Positions 63,074 through 64,000 of a DNA stretch of 64,000 nucleotides are shown here, piece after piece. The notes under the pieces are model-generated. The model ran no database searches, was not told the origin of the DNA, and worked only from the letters and a program-made list of their open reading frames with translations. How positions within the stretch are numbered: position 1 is the stretch's first letter; each line of letters begins with the position of its first letter. Made by a program: the position numbers and the translations under genes. Origin of the DNA: Leucoraja ocellata (taxonomy: Eukaryota); contig JAWMAR010000079.1 of NCBI GenBank assembly GCA_036785375.1, forward strand, positions 2,170,001 to 2,234,000. Reading direction: 5' to 3'.

Positions 63074-64000
63074 AGTCAAGGAATTCCTTATTTCCATCAC
63101 CCAATATTCCTCTGGGAAGAATGTTGAATCACAGAATATCCTAGCACAAGAGGCAATCCTTTCAGATTCAGGAGCAGACAAAGTAGAATAAACATCAGAG
63201 ACTCGGCTAAATTACTTTTGGGGGATACTAATGGGTTACCAGATACATGGAGCTCAACCTATTATTTAATAAGTTAAGAGATGTGGTTGTTGCTGACAAA
63301 GTCACCATTTATTGCCCATCCACATTTATCCTTTGGAGAGTGATAGTGCATCGCCTTTTGGAGTCGCGGCAGTCCTTCTGATACTGGTGCTCTCTGGTAC
63401 TTGTGTTGGATAGGGAGTGTTATGTATTAGACCCAGTCTAAATGAAGAGCCAGCAATGTATTTTCCAAATTGGATGTGTAATTTGAGGAGAGCATGCAGT
63501 GGTTGTTCCTTTTCTGCTTGTCGTCCTCAATGTAGATGTTGTGCATTTGTGAGGTGTTTAAGGGTTAACTATGCTGGCTACAGCTGAAGAGAACAGAGCA
63601 TGTACTTTTCAAACTACTTTGTAAATGGAAACAATTTTAAAGAGCCATCAGAAGAAAGATCTGCTTCTGAGCAGCCCGTAAAAAATCTCCAGAGCTCGTT
63701 TCCCCTCGCCCCCTGCCAAGTCCTCCTCCCTCTACCCACAGGAAGGAGTGGAGAGTTATTGGTGCCACACTGGATTTGTGTAGCTGCTATCATTGTGGCT
63801 GATTCAGATAGGGTGGGTGTTCAATGGATTCTGGGTATTGTGCGGGGACGATGCAACAGTTTCGCAATTTGTGTTCAATACATCGGCACTATTTGTTTTG
63901 ATGGAGAACTGTGTGGTGACAAAGAGACAAGCAATGTTTGACATGGGAGCTGAAAGGAGAGTACACAAGGTATGAGAGATGGTTTGAGATGAAAGATCGA

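Larger units (their letters stand above)
22083..64000 (+). other. SMAD6: SMAD6 intron 3 (partial; continues past the window end)
   Basis: No MH2-encoding ORF (HWCSVAYWE..RVGRLY) is present downstream in the ORF track. SMAD6 has a long last intron in other vertebrates. Confidence 0.8.

Noticed and set aside
1-64000. CRISPR arrays, operons or other prokaryotic systems
   Set aside because: The sequence is vertebrate intron/TE-rich DNA, with no repeat-spacer arrays or bacterial-type genes.

Overview
Vertebrate genomic DNA. The repeat families (HE1-like V-SINEs, Penelope-derived short repeats, CR1, Deu-type SINEs) point to a cartilaginous fish, most likely a skate or ray. The only recognisable host gene is SMAD6, the inhibitory BMP Smad, on the + strand. 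Coding exons 1-3 are at 18020-18437, 20915-20971 and 22014-22082, all with phase-1 GT-AG junctions. Intron 3 is over 41 kb and runs off the window end, and the MH2 exon is not seen. The rest is mostly transposon debris: L2, Rex1/Babar, CR1, Penelope, an IR/DR-type Tc1/mariner, PIF/Harbinger MITEs, a hAT MITE and Helitron-like fragments. The most interesting signals are (1) a compact SMAD6 upstream module whose SBE-3bp-E-box arrangement matches the one described for the SMAD7 promoter, (2) a CpG-rich segment at about 2.3-3.4 kb with splice signals for unidentified divergent transcripts, and (3) several TE oddities. I see no convincing wholly new biological system. Repeat boundaries are approximate unless TSD/TIR positions are given, and most short ORFs in the track are noise.
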